Of a stretch of 64,000 nucleotides of DNA, positions 52,080 through 64,000 are shown piece after piece. A program made the position numbers and the translations under genes. Within the stretch, counting starts at the first letter, position 1. Each line of letters opens with the position of its first letter. The notes under the pieces are model-generated. The model did no database searches. It was not told where the DNA came from and saw only the letters and a program-made list of their open reading frames with translations. This DNA comes from Zygnema circumcarinatum SAG 698-1b (Eukaryota > Plantae > Zygnematophyceae), in NCBI GenBank assembly GCA_037447605.1, contig CM074810.1, positions 1,336,880-1,400,879 of the forward strand. Direction: 5' to 3'.

Positions 52080-54259
52080 TCATCTGGGCGTGACATGTGG
52101 ATTGAAATCGATCCCTCTGCAGCCAATCACAGCCCGACAACACACAACCTCCGCGTCTTTAATGCGTCCTTTAGATATACGTGCAGGGCGGAAACTTCAA
52201 AAAGGAAGTTACGAAATGCGGAACGGCAACCGCACCCTGATTACATTACAGGCAGGCAACGCAGGCATGAACTGACTACCCCCTCAAAGAGAGAGTGAGA
52301 GAGCGAAGGGAAGGGGAAAAGGGAGGGGGGAAGGGACAGTACTTTGATCACAAGTATCTTCATACATACGCATGTCACACATTCATCAAAGACTGTTGGG
52401 CACACACCTTTGCCGCGCTTCTTGGCGTAAACCTTCCACTTCGCGCTCAAGGGAGAGGCACGCAACCTCAATGTCAACATTTTTTTGAACGAGCGCCTTC
52501 CACTCCCCTTCCAGTCTGCTCAGTTCAGAAGCAGCAACTTGCTGCAGGCGAGAAAAGGGCACCGTCAGTGACTTACAAGTGCTACTACGCAGTGGGGGAC
52601 TGAAACGGGTGGGAGAGGGGGGGGGGGAGAGAGCGAGAGAGAGGGAGAGAGGGGAGAGGGGAGAGATTCTCTAAAAGCAGAAACCACACAACCTTGAGCA
52701 GCGTGTACTTGACAAGTGACTCATCACTACTACAATTGAGCAGCTAATCAAGGTGTTCCAAGAATGGTCACCTAATAGAACTACAAAAAAGTGAAAATCT
52801 GAAAATCAGAGTGACCATTGAATAAGTCCAATTTGCTTCTCTGCAAGGTACGCTTGATACCTCACCTGATTCAGTTTCCTGTCCCGATTTACTTCCTCCA
52901 TTTCCTTTTCTGCTTCTTTGTTCAGCGCAAGCAGCCTGCAAGTCCCACACGAGCCCACCTTTCAACACAATATATGTGACCCAGTTATAACTACAAAAAC
53001 CTGTACTCACAGATCAAAACTAACGCGCTGAAAAAGTGGCCCTTTCCTATATCGAATAAAGAGTCAGCGAGGAATAGCCAACCTCGCTTCAAAGGCCTCC
53101 AGATGTTGATGATGTATCCGATGCATGTTCGGTCCATACTCCAACATAAGCTCCAAGTTCTCCACCCTGTTGCCATGAAAAGGCAGCAGCATCAGCTCAG
53201 CTCTCACCTTTCCTGCCTGCGCTGAACCCACCCCCCCCACAGGAGAGGAGCCATGAAACCTTTACTTCCTGCTTTGACACAGAATACAAGAAACTACACA
53301 CTTCCTTCACCACGATGTGTGTGAAGGAAGAGGGGAAGCGACCGAAAGGAAAAGCAAACAAAGCTGATCATGAAATTGAAGAAGAAAAATGACATGAATA
53401 CAAACACACACGAATGCTATTTATATGAATGTTTGATGATTAACTCACCTAAGGACCTGATGCTGCAGCTGAGCCTTTGCATTATCGACTGCCGCCTTCC
53501 AAGCGTTGAGGTCGTTTTGCTTGTTAGGGGGAGGGGCGGCGATAGAGTAGCGGGAGGTGTCAATTAGGGTTGGAGGTCTGCCAGCTCGCACTCTCTCATA
53601 CTCTTTAGCAAGCATGGGGCTTCCCTGCAAAAAACATCTATACTCTGTTCAGTAACGAAACACGTATGCATTGTGTAGTCAATTATTAAGAAAATCGTTG
53701 CATTAGAATGAGCTAACGGATTTTGAACAACCTCTAACAAATCCTCAAGCTCATCCTGAACACTTGCAAAGCAGAAAAATCCAAAAAAAACCCACAAACC
53801 CTCATCGACCCTGGCTAGCCCTAACCAACCACAACCAGCCCTAAAAACTCCACCAATTCCTCAAGAACACAAGCACGCAGGAAAAGAAGCCCACTTCAAA
53901 ATTCGGCCCAAAAACTCACGAAACCCTAACCGAACCTTATCCCATTTTGAAAGCCACCCCTCCAACATCCACCCCTTGACCCAATCAACCCCATCAGGCC
54001 CGTGCAAACGGGCCGAGTCGCGCACCTCGAAGTTGGGGGGGGGCACGGGCGGCATCTCCTGCAGGAAGGCGGGCGGCTGGCGGGCGGCGCGCTTCTCGTC
54101 CTGCACCATCCGCACGGCCTCCGCGCGCAGCCGCGCGTCCTCGTACTCGCGGTCGATGTAGGGCAGCGCATCCGCCGCAGCAAGGCTCCGTGACAGCCGC
54201 CACGTGCCGCGGTCCCCGGAGATCGAGGGATCGCCCTCCAGGAGCAGTGGGGCAGCCAT
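52080..54259 (-). CDS. SPF27: Pre-mRNA splicing factor SPF27 / MOS4 / BCAS2
   Basis: Exons 54259-54026, 53624-53449, 53166-53083, 52935-52866, 52541-52408, 52116-52080. Motifs DALPYID, AWKAAVDNAKAQLQHQ, NLELMLEYG, VNRDRKLNQ, EWKALVQKNVDIEVAC. The last short exon is less certain. Confidence 0.93.
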
Positions 54260-55165
54260 GGAGGGAGAGGGACGGAGGGAGAGAGAGGGACGGAGGGAGG
54301 GAGAGGGACGGAGGGAGGGAGGGAGGGGTGGGACAGAAAGGAAGGAGAAGAGGGAGAGGGAGAGGGAGAGGGAGAGGGAGAGAAGACGACGGAGAGGGAG
54401 GGTGCAAAAAAGGTAGACAGAAGCGGACTGATGGAAAGAGGGGGCGCGAGGCCGGGGGTGGTGCCGGGTTCTATGTGGAAAATCGACATTTGTTGGCTCT
54501 GCAGTTAAACACGCTACTGGAGGATAATGTATTGGTACCGATATCATATTGCCTCTGTACCGGAAGCGTTATTGTATCGTAGAAGATATATCAGTACCGA
54601 TAAGTATCGGATAGATGCTGATTTCGTGGCCGATATTTTTATCGTTCCGGTGTTGTACTGGGAACAATAACGTATCGGCTCGATATTGTATCGTTTGAGA
54701 TGTCGATATTGTATCAGTTGCGGTACTGTACTGGCATGGCTATCTCTTGAAATATTGGACTGGACCCGCTACTGTTATTGCATCGCGATCGATACTGTAC
54801 CGAGCGACTCCCAGAGGTTTGAAGAGGCTGAAGATTCAATAGTTTGCCTGTACTGTACTCATGGGAACTGGAACGCTCAATTCTTGCCACAAACGAGGCA
54901 ATACAAAACATGCACACATCAGGACTGAGCTGAATTACTTCAAGAAGTTCAAACCCAAAGAAGGTTAAACCCTGGTGATGATGTTGCTGGGACCTCGGAC
55001 CTCAGACCCCTTTACACATCTCATCAAAACAAAAGAGTTGAACTTTCGTTTACTTCTTGCAGCCGTTCAAGCACAGCAAAACCGACGAGCTGAAACAAGA
55101 CCTAGAAGCCTCTTGCAGGAACATTAACACATTTCTCGCCACCGCAATTGCCTTTGGACTGTGGA

Positions 55166-55975
55166 TCACTTTACAGCGCCGACCTCCTTGAGCCAGGCCG
55201 TATGCAGGGGGCAAGGGTCCTCCTTTCCTTCTGAGATGGCGCGGCAGGAAAGCCCATAGAACCATCCATTGCGCCATTCAAACTGCACCATTCAAACCTC
55301 CAACACGTCAAAATTATGCAAGTATTCTCTTAGAAAGCATACTTGCAAAGCAGAACTTCTGAAGAATTCAGAAGTTCTGCTTTGCATGAACTCTCCCAGA
55401 ACGGGAGTCACGTGAATCCCTATTTTCTCTATCTTGCGAGAGTGATGGTGCAGCTTCAAAGTGCTTATGAAGGATGAATGGAATCACGGAAGGAAAGGAG
55501 AAGGCATGCAGCACACGGGCAGTTTCTACTCCTAACCCGCTTTAGTACATTACTCATGTCTCCAAGCAATATCCTGTTCCCTAAGGAGAGAAAGAAGTCT
55601 TATAAAATTCTCAGTATCACCCTCTCATTTTCTCTATCCCACTGATTCAAGGGTGCTTTAGATTTTTTTAGGTCTTTCTGAGATCAACAACGCACCTCCT
55701 TGACAGCTGTCGGGTAATGCGCCACACTTCGAGCATATGCACACAGCTTCTCCACAACTCCAGAATCGAACTTCACCCCTTTTTCCGCCTCCGAAACAGC
55801 AACAAGCTCCTCAATAAGGCTCACCACCTGCAAATCATCCAAGTCACAGATTCGTCCAAACCATGTTATCCTGCAAAGACTTGAATGCTCAGGCTCTCAA
55901 ACCAGGTGCTGATGTGCATGTTAGTGCACGGCGCTTTCTCTTGAAGAATAAGAGAGAGATGAATAGGGAGAGAGA

Positions 55976-56019
<44 letters not shown>

Positions 56020-57857
56020 TATAAAGTTGGAAAGGCCTTCTGAGGAGCTTTTTGATCTTGAAATTTCCGCCAGACATGCATACATGCCAGCTCCAGAGTC
56101 CGATACAGACTGGAGAATCGTCGCAAACACAGCACTTGTGCACGTGCAGATTCGAATGCAGGTCGAGTGCCAATTGCCTAGGCAATGGGTGGCTAGTGAC
56201 AATGTACATGAATCTCAATCGTACAAGTACTTCTGCTCTGTCACTTACATTCTGACAGCTTGCCAAAATTAATCCCAAGGCCTATCAAATCTCTCTACAG
56301 CAATTCTACAGTTTACTTAATTCTATGGAGCCCTTCCTTACCTCCTCTTTGTATTGACTCTCGACCGCACCGCATGTCGCTCCTGGATGACGCGCACCTA
56401 CGAGCATGAATGCACTGATCCAGATCAGCTTCTCCAACATAGACTTCCGAAACTCGAGAGGTGGCAGCACCTGCATCAATAAAGGTCCAGGATTCACATG
56501 TTATGGTCGATGCATCTGACCTACACATGGAGGTCCTGGGTGACAACTTTACATGGTTCGCTGCATACCTTGCAGCTAAGTCCTGCAGAATGCAGTCGTG
56601 CTGCCACAGCCTCTGCCCATTTTCCTGTGACTGCTGTGAGGCCCTCGGGATTCACATCCGTTATTCCATCGATGGGATCTTCTCCGAGTTTAGCGACAGC
56701 GAAGTAGACAAGGAGTTGTGTTGCATCCGCGAGGTTCTTGGATGCGAGCCAAGGTTCAATCATTCCATTCTGCAAAAACACAAGGTCTGCATCATACAGA
56801 TTCAACTACTGCATCGTGAAATAAAATCACAAGATGTGGAAATCTTGTTCACTACGCTGCATTGAAAAGTGAAGAAGTGCGAAGAAAACCAGAAGCGAAA
56901 GAGCAGAAAAATAGATTAGAACAGATTCGGAAACAAGGTGATTTGCTTAGAGCAGACCGAGCATGATAGATGTGGCTCACTGTACAGATATTCAGAGCAA
57001 CTTTTCTCTACAAGTAAAATCACTAACTCACTTTTATTGCGGTGTGATACAATTACGCTTTGAATACACATCAAAATTGCGTGGCGTCTATTCTGCAATC
57101 AAGAATTTGCATCCTGTAAAGCCTCTTACGAACTCTTAAGCAAAACCTTCTTGCGTGGTAAATGCACTTCATGTACCATGTGTAGATAATACACTTGATT
57201 CGCATATACGAAGAAATTCGCACATCCTTGTGCTAGCAGGAAGTGCAGACTCATTCAAACAGAGCTTCGGTTCGCCTTACCAGCTCGCCTCCCCGGTGGC
57301 GTAGACTCGACTATAGCATCCAAAGCATCATTCCTTGTACACACATATATTGGGCCTGTACTGCCATCTGGAACACTCTCGCCCCTCCGCACAACAATGT
57401 CTTTCCCTCCTCCAATCTTTGCAAGAGCTGCGCCGACTCGTCCAGCACCAACAATGACTCCAGGAATGACCTCGGCTTTCTTTTCTGCCACCTCAACATT
57501 GCTCCCGGCGCTGCTTGCGCTTTCAGACATGGCTGCTATCTTCGAAACCTTAACTCGTTTCTCCTCCTTTCTCAACAATGAACCGTTGCCTGCTGCAAGC
57601 CGAGAACAGTCGCTCTTGAACAAGGAGAAAGTGTGGCTTAAGGTTGAGCTTTTTAGGTAATGTTTGTCGCTGGAAATGGTTGCATTCTTCTGCAAATGCA
57701 AGTGAAAGGACGGCTGAAGTAGACGACGGGTGGGAAGTGACAGAGAGGATGTTGCTGGGATGAGTACGTTCCTTTTCCCGACAACTATGGGGAGCGGGGC
57801 TTCAAGCTTGCAGAGGGCTGGAGAGGCTCTGGATAGTAATGAATAGCAAGCCACCAT
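55166..57857 (-). CDS. Conserved chloroplast protein, At1g16080-like (ketopantoate-reductase-like Rossmann fold)
   Basis: Exons 57857-57281, 56786-56569, 56470-56342, 55827-55696, 55282-55166. Motifs VIVGAGRVG, VCTRND, DLVFLQNG, YFAVAKLG, EKLIWISAFMLVGARH, EFEWRNGWFY, DPCPLHT. Confidence 0.92.
55979..56014. repeat. (GA)n microsatellite in an intron
   Basis: Direct inspection. Confidence 0.9.
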
Positions 57858-59421
57858 GGCTGCACATGGAAAGGTGAGCTCGCAGGAAGGCAGCAGCGGA
57901 GCTTCAAGCAAGCGAGCACGCAAGTTTGCAGAGGACCTTGCGAGCAATTCAGCGTGCAGCATGCAAGTCGTGCCTGTGCTCGTACGGGAGGCAATTCAGT
58001 TCGAAACACAAAACAAGGGATGAAGTTACCAAGTCCATGTGTTCCGAGCTTTTATTTCTTTCTCATTTCCACTCTTGGAAACCCAAGTCAATGCCATTTT
58101 CCTCTTCAAGTCTTGGAATTGACTCATGTGCTTGAGACTCGTCGCTGTATCAAAACGTGCATCGTGTTGCAACACAAGTTTTTATACATCGTTTCGCGTC
58201 TAAACATGCAAAACCAAGCATTTGCATTCCCAGCACATGCATTTTCTTTCCACATGCCATGCACATGCAAAGCTTGCATTGCCCCGTCTGCACGTGAAGG
58301 GTATCGCAAGTACTTTGTAAACAACCACCTGCGCAGGATCACCCGTCCATAGTCGAAGTTCCAACAATGACAACCACAACACACGAGCAGGCTGCACACG
58401 GCTGTGTCCTCAGCAACACTGCGCAGCAGCATTCCCATTCCCTTACAGTTCCAGCACTGTTGGACAAATCACTCTGAGTCAAACTTGGGACTAGCGTTGT
58501 GGTTCAGTCATTGGGCATAGCTCGTTCCTTTTCGTCCTTAGGTCCCCTGTGAGCGATTCCTCGTGGTTCCCCATGCTGGTTTCCATGTCTGTTTGATGGC
58601 ATCTCCATGGTGAGACCAATGCCAACTTTCGCTTGAATTCATTGGGGGTTCCAGTTTCCAGCCTTGTGGCTTGTGGATCGTTCTCCATTGCAAACTTCAG
58701 TCGAGCATCTTCCAGTTCAACTCGACACGTGTAAAAGGGGGTCAACGTGGCAAGTTCACACTGGACGATGCTCAGCTATCATTCGCCATGGGAAAAAGCA
58801 CTTAAAAGGAAATTCAGTATCCAAATTCCATACATCAAACTGCGCCCATAGCTCGATGATATCATCACATCTGTCTTAACTAACAATAAAATCCGTTGAC
58901 ATTACCTTTGTCAGAGAGAGGTGTATAAAAACAAGACATGGAAATCTAATCAAGACGAAATATAAAGCTGAGATTCTAATCCACAAAATAAACCGCTACA
59001 GTTAGTTCACTCCAACCCTAAAATGAAAATATATTTTCGTTGCCATAATACATCTGAAAGAAGAACTTGTCGGAACAAACCAAGAAGCCGCTCCCTTTCC
59101 TGCTTACCTCCTCTTCTCTTCTTTCTCTCTACAGCAAGTTATTCCAAATCTTCCTATCAGTTTTTCCAAATAATCTCGGTGCTAATTTCGACCCGATGTG
59201 ATAAAATCCGGTCAATTTCTGTTTCCACTCTCCGTGGTTCTACTGAAGGGCCTGCATTCAATCATGGTCTGAGATGCAAAAAAAAGGAGAGGGCCCTTAC
59301 GGGAAGGGGCATAAAAAGTGAATACAGACACGAACTTACATGGCCTTAAATCAAATTCCCAAAAGACCCAAGAATGTTACTGATTTCCAAAGGCTTCGCA
59401 AGAATTCGCCCGAGCCAAAAA

Positions 59422-61563
59422 TTAGTCAGAGTGTACGGCCGATGCTATTGTGGTCGCCAGTTGCTGCTCCACCCAGGTCTCAATCATATCCTGAAAACAA
59501 AAAAGAGAAAGTTGAATCAAAATTTGCCATTAAACGGTAACGTTAACCAGACGCAACATCACCATTCAGCACATTGGGAAAATTACTCCTTAAATACCAC
59601 TCACTTACCTGTGAATTCACAGACTCGTCTGCAGGAACTTCATGCCCAGCACCTCGGAGGGTGTAGTGAGTAAGAGAGGCAAAGGTTCTCCTGTATCCGG
59701 CCAGCTGTCCGTTAACATGCCAACGTTCTCGCGGCGATTGAAAGAAAATATTAAGGTGACCCCACTGTAATGTGCGCATCCAATCTTCAGACGAGGCAAC
59801 TCCATCCTTAATGTCGTATAAGCCCTGATAAAGGAGTAAGGGAAGCTTGGGAAGGAGAGCCTCCACCATCCACTTAGTGCTCTTCATGGTGTCATTCCTC
59901 ATGGACTTCCGAACACGCGGGTTGCACGAGACCCACGTTGTGTTAATGTTAGCATTAAGAGCCACTTTTATCTGTAAAACCAGCGCAAATACGAAGGGTT
60001 CGTTGAGGACGAGAGCGAGTGGGGGAAGGGGGGGGGAAGAGTTGAAGGAGGTACAGAAGAGTGATAGGCGACCGGAGAGAGCGAGGAGCAGGTGGGACAA
60101 AAACAAAGCGTGAGAGAGGGCAGAAGAAAAGAGCTGCCTGGGGAGGGAGAGAGGGAGGGAGGGAGGGGAGCCCTGCTCGATGAACGCACCTGGGGCTGAT
60201 TCAAGAACAAAGCCAGATATTCTTGCCCTTGACTGTTGTAGTGGTATGCGGCGTCGCGCCGCACATCCAACAAGGTGGCGAGCCCACTCACATTCTGGCA
60301 AAGCCATTCAACAAGCACAGGAGGAACGAAGTCACAGATGAGCAAAACGTGGGAGGCATGGGGCTTGGCAGCAAAGGAGACGCAGACAGGAAGGGTCTGG
60401 AAAAAGATTATTTAAAGCAGCAGCTCTTTGTCAAGACTGTAGAAGGGAGGGACAAATTGTGAAAAAACATCCAATCAACCTGTACCAGAATTCCTTTAAC
60501 TGCCAGAAAGTAAGCTGGTTTTCATATAAGATGTTCTTTCACCCCACTTCCGATAAGTCTGGTCAACCTTACACATGTCTGTCTAGTACATCCTTAGTAT
60601 TTTGTGTTCACCCTAAAGCTTCTAAGCTTCTAAGCTTCTTCTTCTCCTCTTCCTCTCAAAGGTATCCAAAGGTACTCGACTCACCTGAATCCAGTTCACA
60701 AGCTCCGTTCTCGCAGTGTATGCAGCTTCCCACTCCTCTTTATCTATGAGCGCCACAACTGCTACAGCCAAGGCTTCGACATGTAGCTTCTGCTGATAGT
60801 CAATCACTCCAAACTGATATGCCGCCTCCGCGTGTCCTTGAACTTGTATTTTTGGATCAGTGAGCCCATTCCCAATAACAAGACCTTCAAGCCTAAAAGG
60901 GCGCTCATATCTCTCTCCTGAGCCCTCTCTCACTCCCGTAGCTTTTGGTAGTCGCTCAAAAGGTTTTCCCTCGGCCTCCTCTATCAGCTTCACTACGTGA
61001 TATCCAAAGGCAGGCACATATTTCCCGGCATAACTCTCTCCCGCAACAAAAAATGGCCTGTTGTGAAAGGAAGGATGCGCTTTGTAAAACTCTGTGACTG
61101 CAGAGTAGAGATGTGCGGCAACGCTTGGCTGATCTGTGGGAATATCTTCATCTTTTTCTGCAATACTGTATCCTGTTCCCACCGGACTATCCACAAAAAG
61201 CATGCCATAGCGCCGATTCCATGCGCCCTTGTTCTCAACCACCTGCAGCTCACTGTTTATCCTCCACCTTCCCATTTCATAGAAATTTCCGATTCCTCCA
61301 GAGCATCCCGGCCCTCCTTGCAGCCACAAAATGATCGGAACTTCTTCAAGTTCTCGCTGCGGGTCGACAGCTTCATAAAACGCGTAATACATCTGAGCAT
61401 TGGAGGATGCGTTGGCCGTCAAATATCCGCAATCTGTAGGCCTTTCTTGCTTGAGAAGCATAGCGTAGGGCTTTTGTGCAGTAAAGAAGCTGTGCGTGAA
61501 GTTAGGGTTGAAGCAAAGCGCCGCCAAGAGCACCAAGAGGCCGACATAGAGCGACCACGCCAT
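59422..61563 (-). CDS. Serine carboxypeptidase-like protein (peptidase S10, SCPL50/CPVL-like)
   Basis: Exons 61563-60685, 60294-60190, 59971-59609, 59490-59422. Signal peptide; WLQGGPGCS, FVDSPVGTGYS, catalytic GESYAG, LLYQGLYD, GAGHEVP. Confidence 0.95.
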
Positions 61564-62303
61564 GGCCGAACCCTAACCTGCCCTCTCTCCCCTCTTCACC
61601 GAGCACAACTTGACACCTGCGCACAGCCAAACGCAGGTGGCAGCCCTGAATGCTGCGGGGAAGGCATGTGACGCCGCACTTTATAGGGAGGGGAGTGGAG
61701 GGGGAGGGGGGAGGGTGAGGAAGGGGCCCTCTTTTTCCATTGTACCTCTAGTTCAACATATCCAATGGCGTCATACCACGTGACACATTGTTCATACGTG
61801 GCAGATATCTATTGGATCGTACATGTCAACTAGCTCGCACTGGAGGCCCAGACAGAGCCACATATCAAAGGGTGGGCCTCCTCTCGGGACCTAGAACCAA
61901 TCACCGTCTGCTACGTCAGCAAATGCTATCAACAGCGCCAATCACATATTTCCACGTCATCAAGTAAGCAGGGTAAATTCACAGCGTACGCGAGGACTTC
62001 CTGCTAGAGTCGCATATGAAACAGTACGGTCGTACATTCCTGCCACGTGGATAAATTCAGCTGTCGACACGTGTTGCATGGCGTCGACACGTGGACACCA
62101 GTCGGGCGCGGAGAACCGGTGGACCGTACAGTGCCTGGGTGGGTCGTCGTGGTCTGGGCGGCCGGCTGTCGTTTCCCCGAGGGACTGCCGGCCGGCGAGA
62201 CGGCCGGCCGGCGCAGCGCAGACTGGCCGGCTGGTCTGCCAGGGCGGGACGGGGTCCCGGGGCGATGGACGCCAGGGCACGAGAGCAGGCGGTGGGAGGG
62301 AAT

Positions 62304-62434
62304 GGCTGGCTGGCTGGCTGACTGACTGACTGACTGACTATTTGTGACTGACTGACTGACAAACAAGCTGACTGGCTGACTGACTGAGTGGTTGGCTGAC
62401 TGACTGGCTGACTGGCTGGCTGGCTGGCTGACTG
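62304..62434. repeat. Compound (TGGC)/(TGAC) tetranucleotide repeat
   Basis: Direct inspection. Confidence 0.93.
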
Positions 62435-63340
62435 GCAGAGGAGGGAAGGCGAGGGGGGGTGACCACAGCCTGCACATTGCAACGCAACAAGTTGCAAACA
62501 TGGGTTGTGAGTAACTCCAAGGGTTACTGCGCGCATGCATGCCTATTTGTGATTGGTTTTTGTTGCCGTGGCGTTTGGCATCGCTTGGTTGCCCTTGTTG
62601 TTTTGGAACGTGTAGTCAGACATTGAGTGTATATTAGGTGCAGGGAGACATGCCCACAGAGAGAAACTCGTGGAAGCTGCGCTACCGTACAGGGCAAGAA
62701 ACCGTTGCGGCGTCGTTTAGAAGATTAGAAAAAGAAAGAAAACCCCAGATTGCTATTGACCGTTACAGGTCACATCAGCAAAGTGCCCAAGGAGCTGTAA
62801 GAGTCTGATAACTGGTAAAAAAAGCATTGCATGTCTCGTAGTCGTTGTAGCACACACAATATTGCTTTTTAATGATTCATTGAACCCTTCTCAATGAAAG
62901 AAAATAAGGGCCGACACATGGAACAACCGGTTGCACCGGCACTGCAGCCATGGCATAAAGAAAAGAGTCATAAATCAACGAATCTTCACATCTTCACATA
63001 GCGCTCACTCCAAAGAACGACCCTCTGAAGACTGCGCCCCTCAGGACTGCTTCCTTTCTCCTTCGCATCCCTTCCTTTCAGCGGCGTGAAGCACTATCAC
63101 TTCAAGGAAGGACATGTTTAGAGATTCATCACCTATCTCGCCTCTCACTCCCTCTCAAAGCGCCGCCCCCTCGCGAAGAGGTACCCGATTCGTTGTACTA
63201 ACTTTGTAAACATTGACGTTCCCCTTCTTCCTCAAAAAATGAAGTTATAAAATGTATGTTTTGTCTCAGCTAGACCAGGGAGAAGGTCTCTCTTTGATTA
63301 GATGTAGCCTCGAGTGGATGGCTCAAAAAATAGTCTTCAC

Positions 63341-63754
63341 TCACTTTCCACTCTTCTTGAGCCCGGCTCCTCCAAGCGGTCCTTTTCCAGCAGCTTTAGA
63401 CTTCAACTCCTTCAAAGCCTGCAATCAAATGCAAAACCTGACATAGCTGAATATAATCCGAATCGTCAACATCAGCTTTTGAGACTGTGGTGGGTGGTCT
63501 CTGCATTTCTTTCCAAATTCATGCAAGTAAAGCATGTGGACTCTGAAAGAGACTTTAAACTCCTAATACGAAGGGATAACCCTCAACCAACAGAATTAAG
63601 CACAAGCTACCAAGCAACATCAACCTGCATAGAGAATATCAGGCAAGCCAAAACTAACAGTTCGACATGAAAGTGAACCAACTCTCGAAAGATCAGCAGG
63701 CGCTTTGCTCACCTTCTCCTCCTCCTTCTTCTTCTTCATAAACTCGACATCAGC
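63341..63754 (-). CDS. TMA7: Translation machinery-associated protein 7, last two exons (first exon outside the window)
   Basis: Exons 63754-63713 (ADVEFMKKKKEEEK) and 63418-63341 (ALKELKSKAAGKGPLGGAGLKKSGK*); typical TMA7 C-terminus. Absent from the ORF track. Confidence 0.9.
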
Positions 63755-64000
63755 CTGCATCCAGTTGTCGTACAACATTTCTTATCAATAATCTACCACT
63801 TTTATTCCTTTCACTTTGTCAAAGCAGCATACTTTTCCCCCTCTCAGTGAGAAACATGAAACTTTCAATTTAGCGTGTCTAGAGAGCAGTACAAATCAAC
63901 TCTTTTCTATCAGTGGGGTCCTCAGTATTATCCTCCATTTCTACTAAGAATAGGCAAAAACGCCCTACCCAGTTCAAGCGTCCATCACGAACGAGGAAAG

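Overview
Eukaryotic nuclear DNA from a green plant, probably a non-angiosperm streptophyte (inference). It has short GT-AG introns, CT/GA microsatellites and one 10-N scaffold gap at 48808-48817. I reconstructed 12 intron-containing protein genes by hand with phase-consistent splice sites: RAPTOR (partial), an ACAD8/isobutyryl-CoA dehydrogenase-like gene, RPL36, CCZ1, a plastid SAM-methyltransferase, a conserved thylakoid-type membrane protein, an 18-exon RelA/SpoT homolog, a PMP3/RCI2-like gene, SPF27/MOS4, an At1g16080-like protein, a serine carboxypeptidase-like gene and TMA7 (partial). There is also one orphan 71-aa ORF. The stretch 14.4-20.0 kb is a nest of transposon remnants: Copia, gypsy-like gag, a TA-flanked MITE and a Mutator-like foldback. 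A ~2.4 kb (CT)n tract sits next to the gap. Signals the ORF track does not show: (1) two tandem dual-guide box C/D snoRNAs against 18S rRNA inside an intron of the methyltransferase gene; (2) nine exact copies of CCAAT-N9-CCACG, all intergenic and often in convergent pairs; (3) a five-copy ~140 bp dispersed repeat. All coordinates and alignments were read by eye; no database searches were run.
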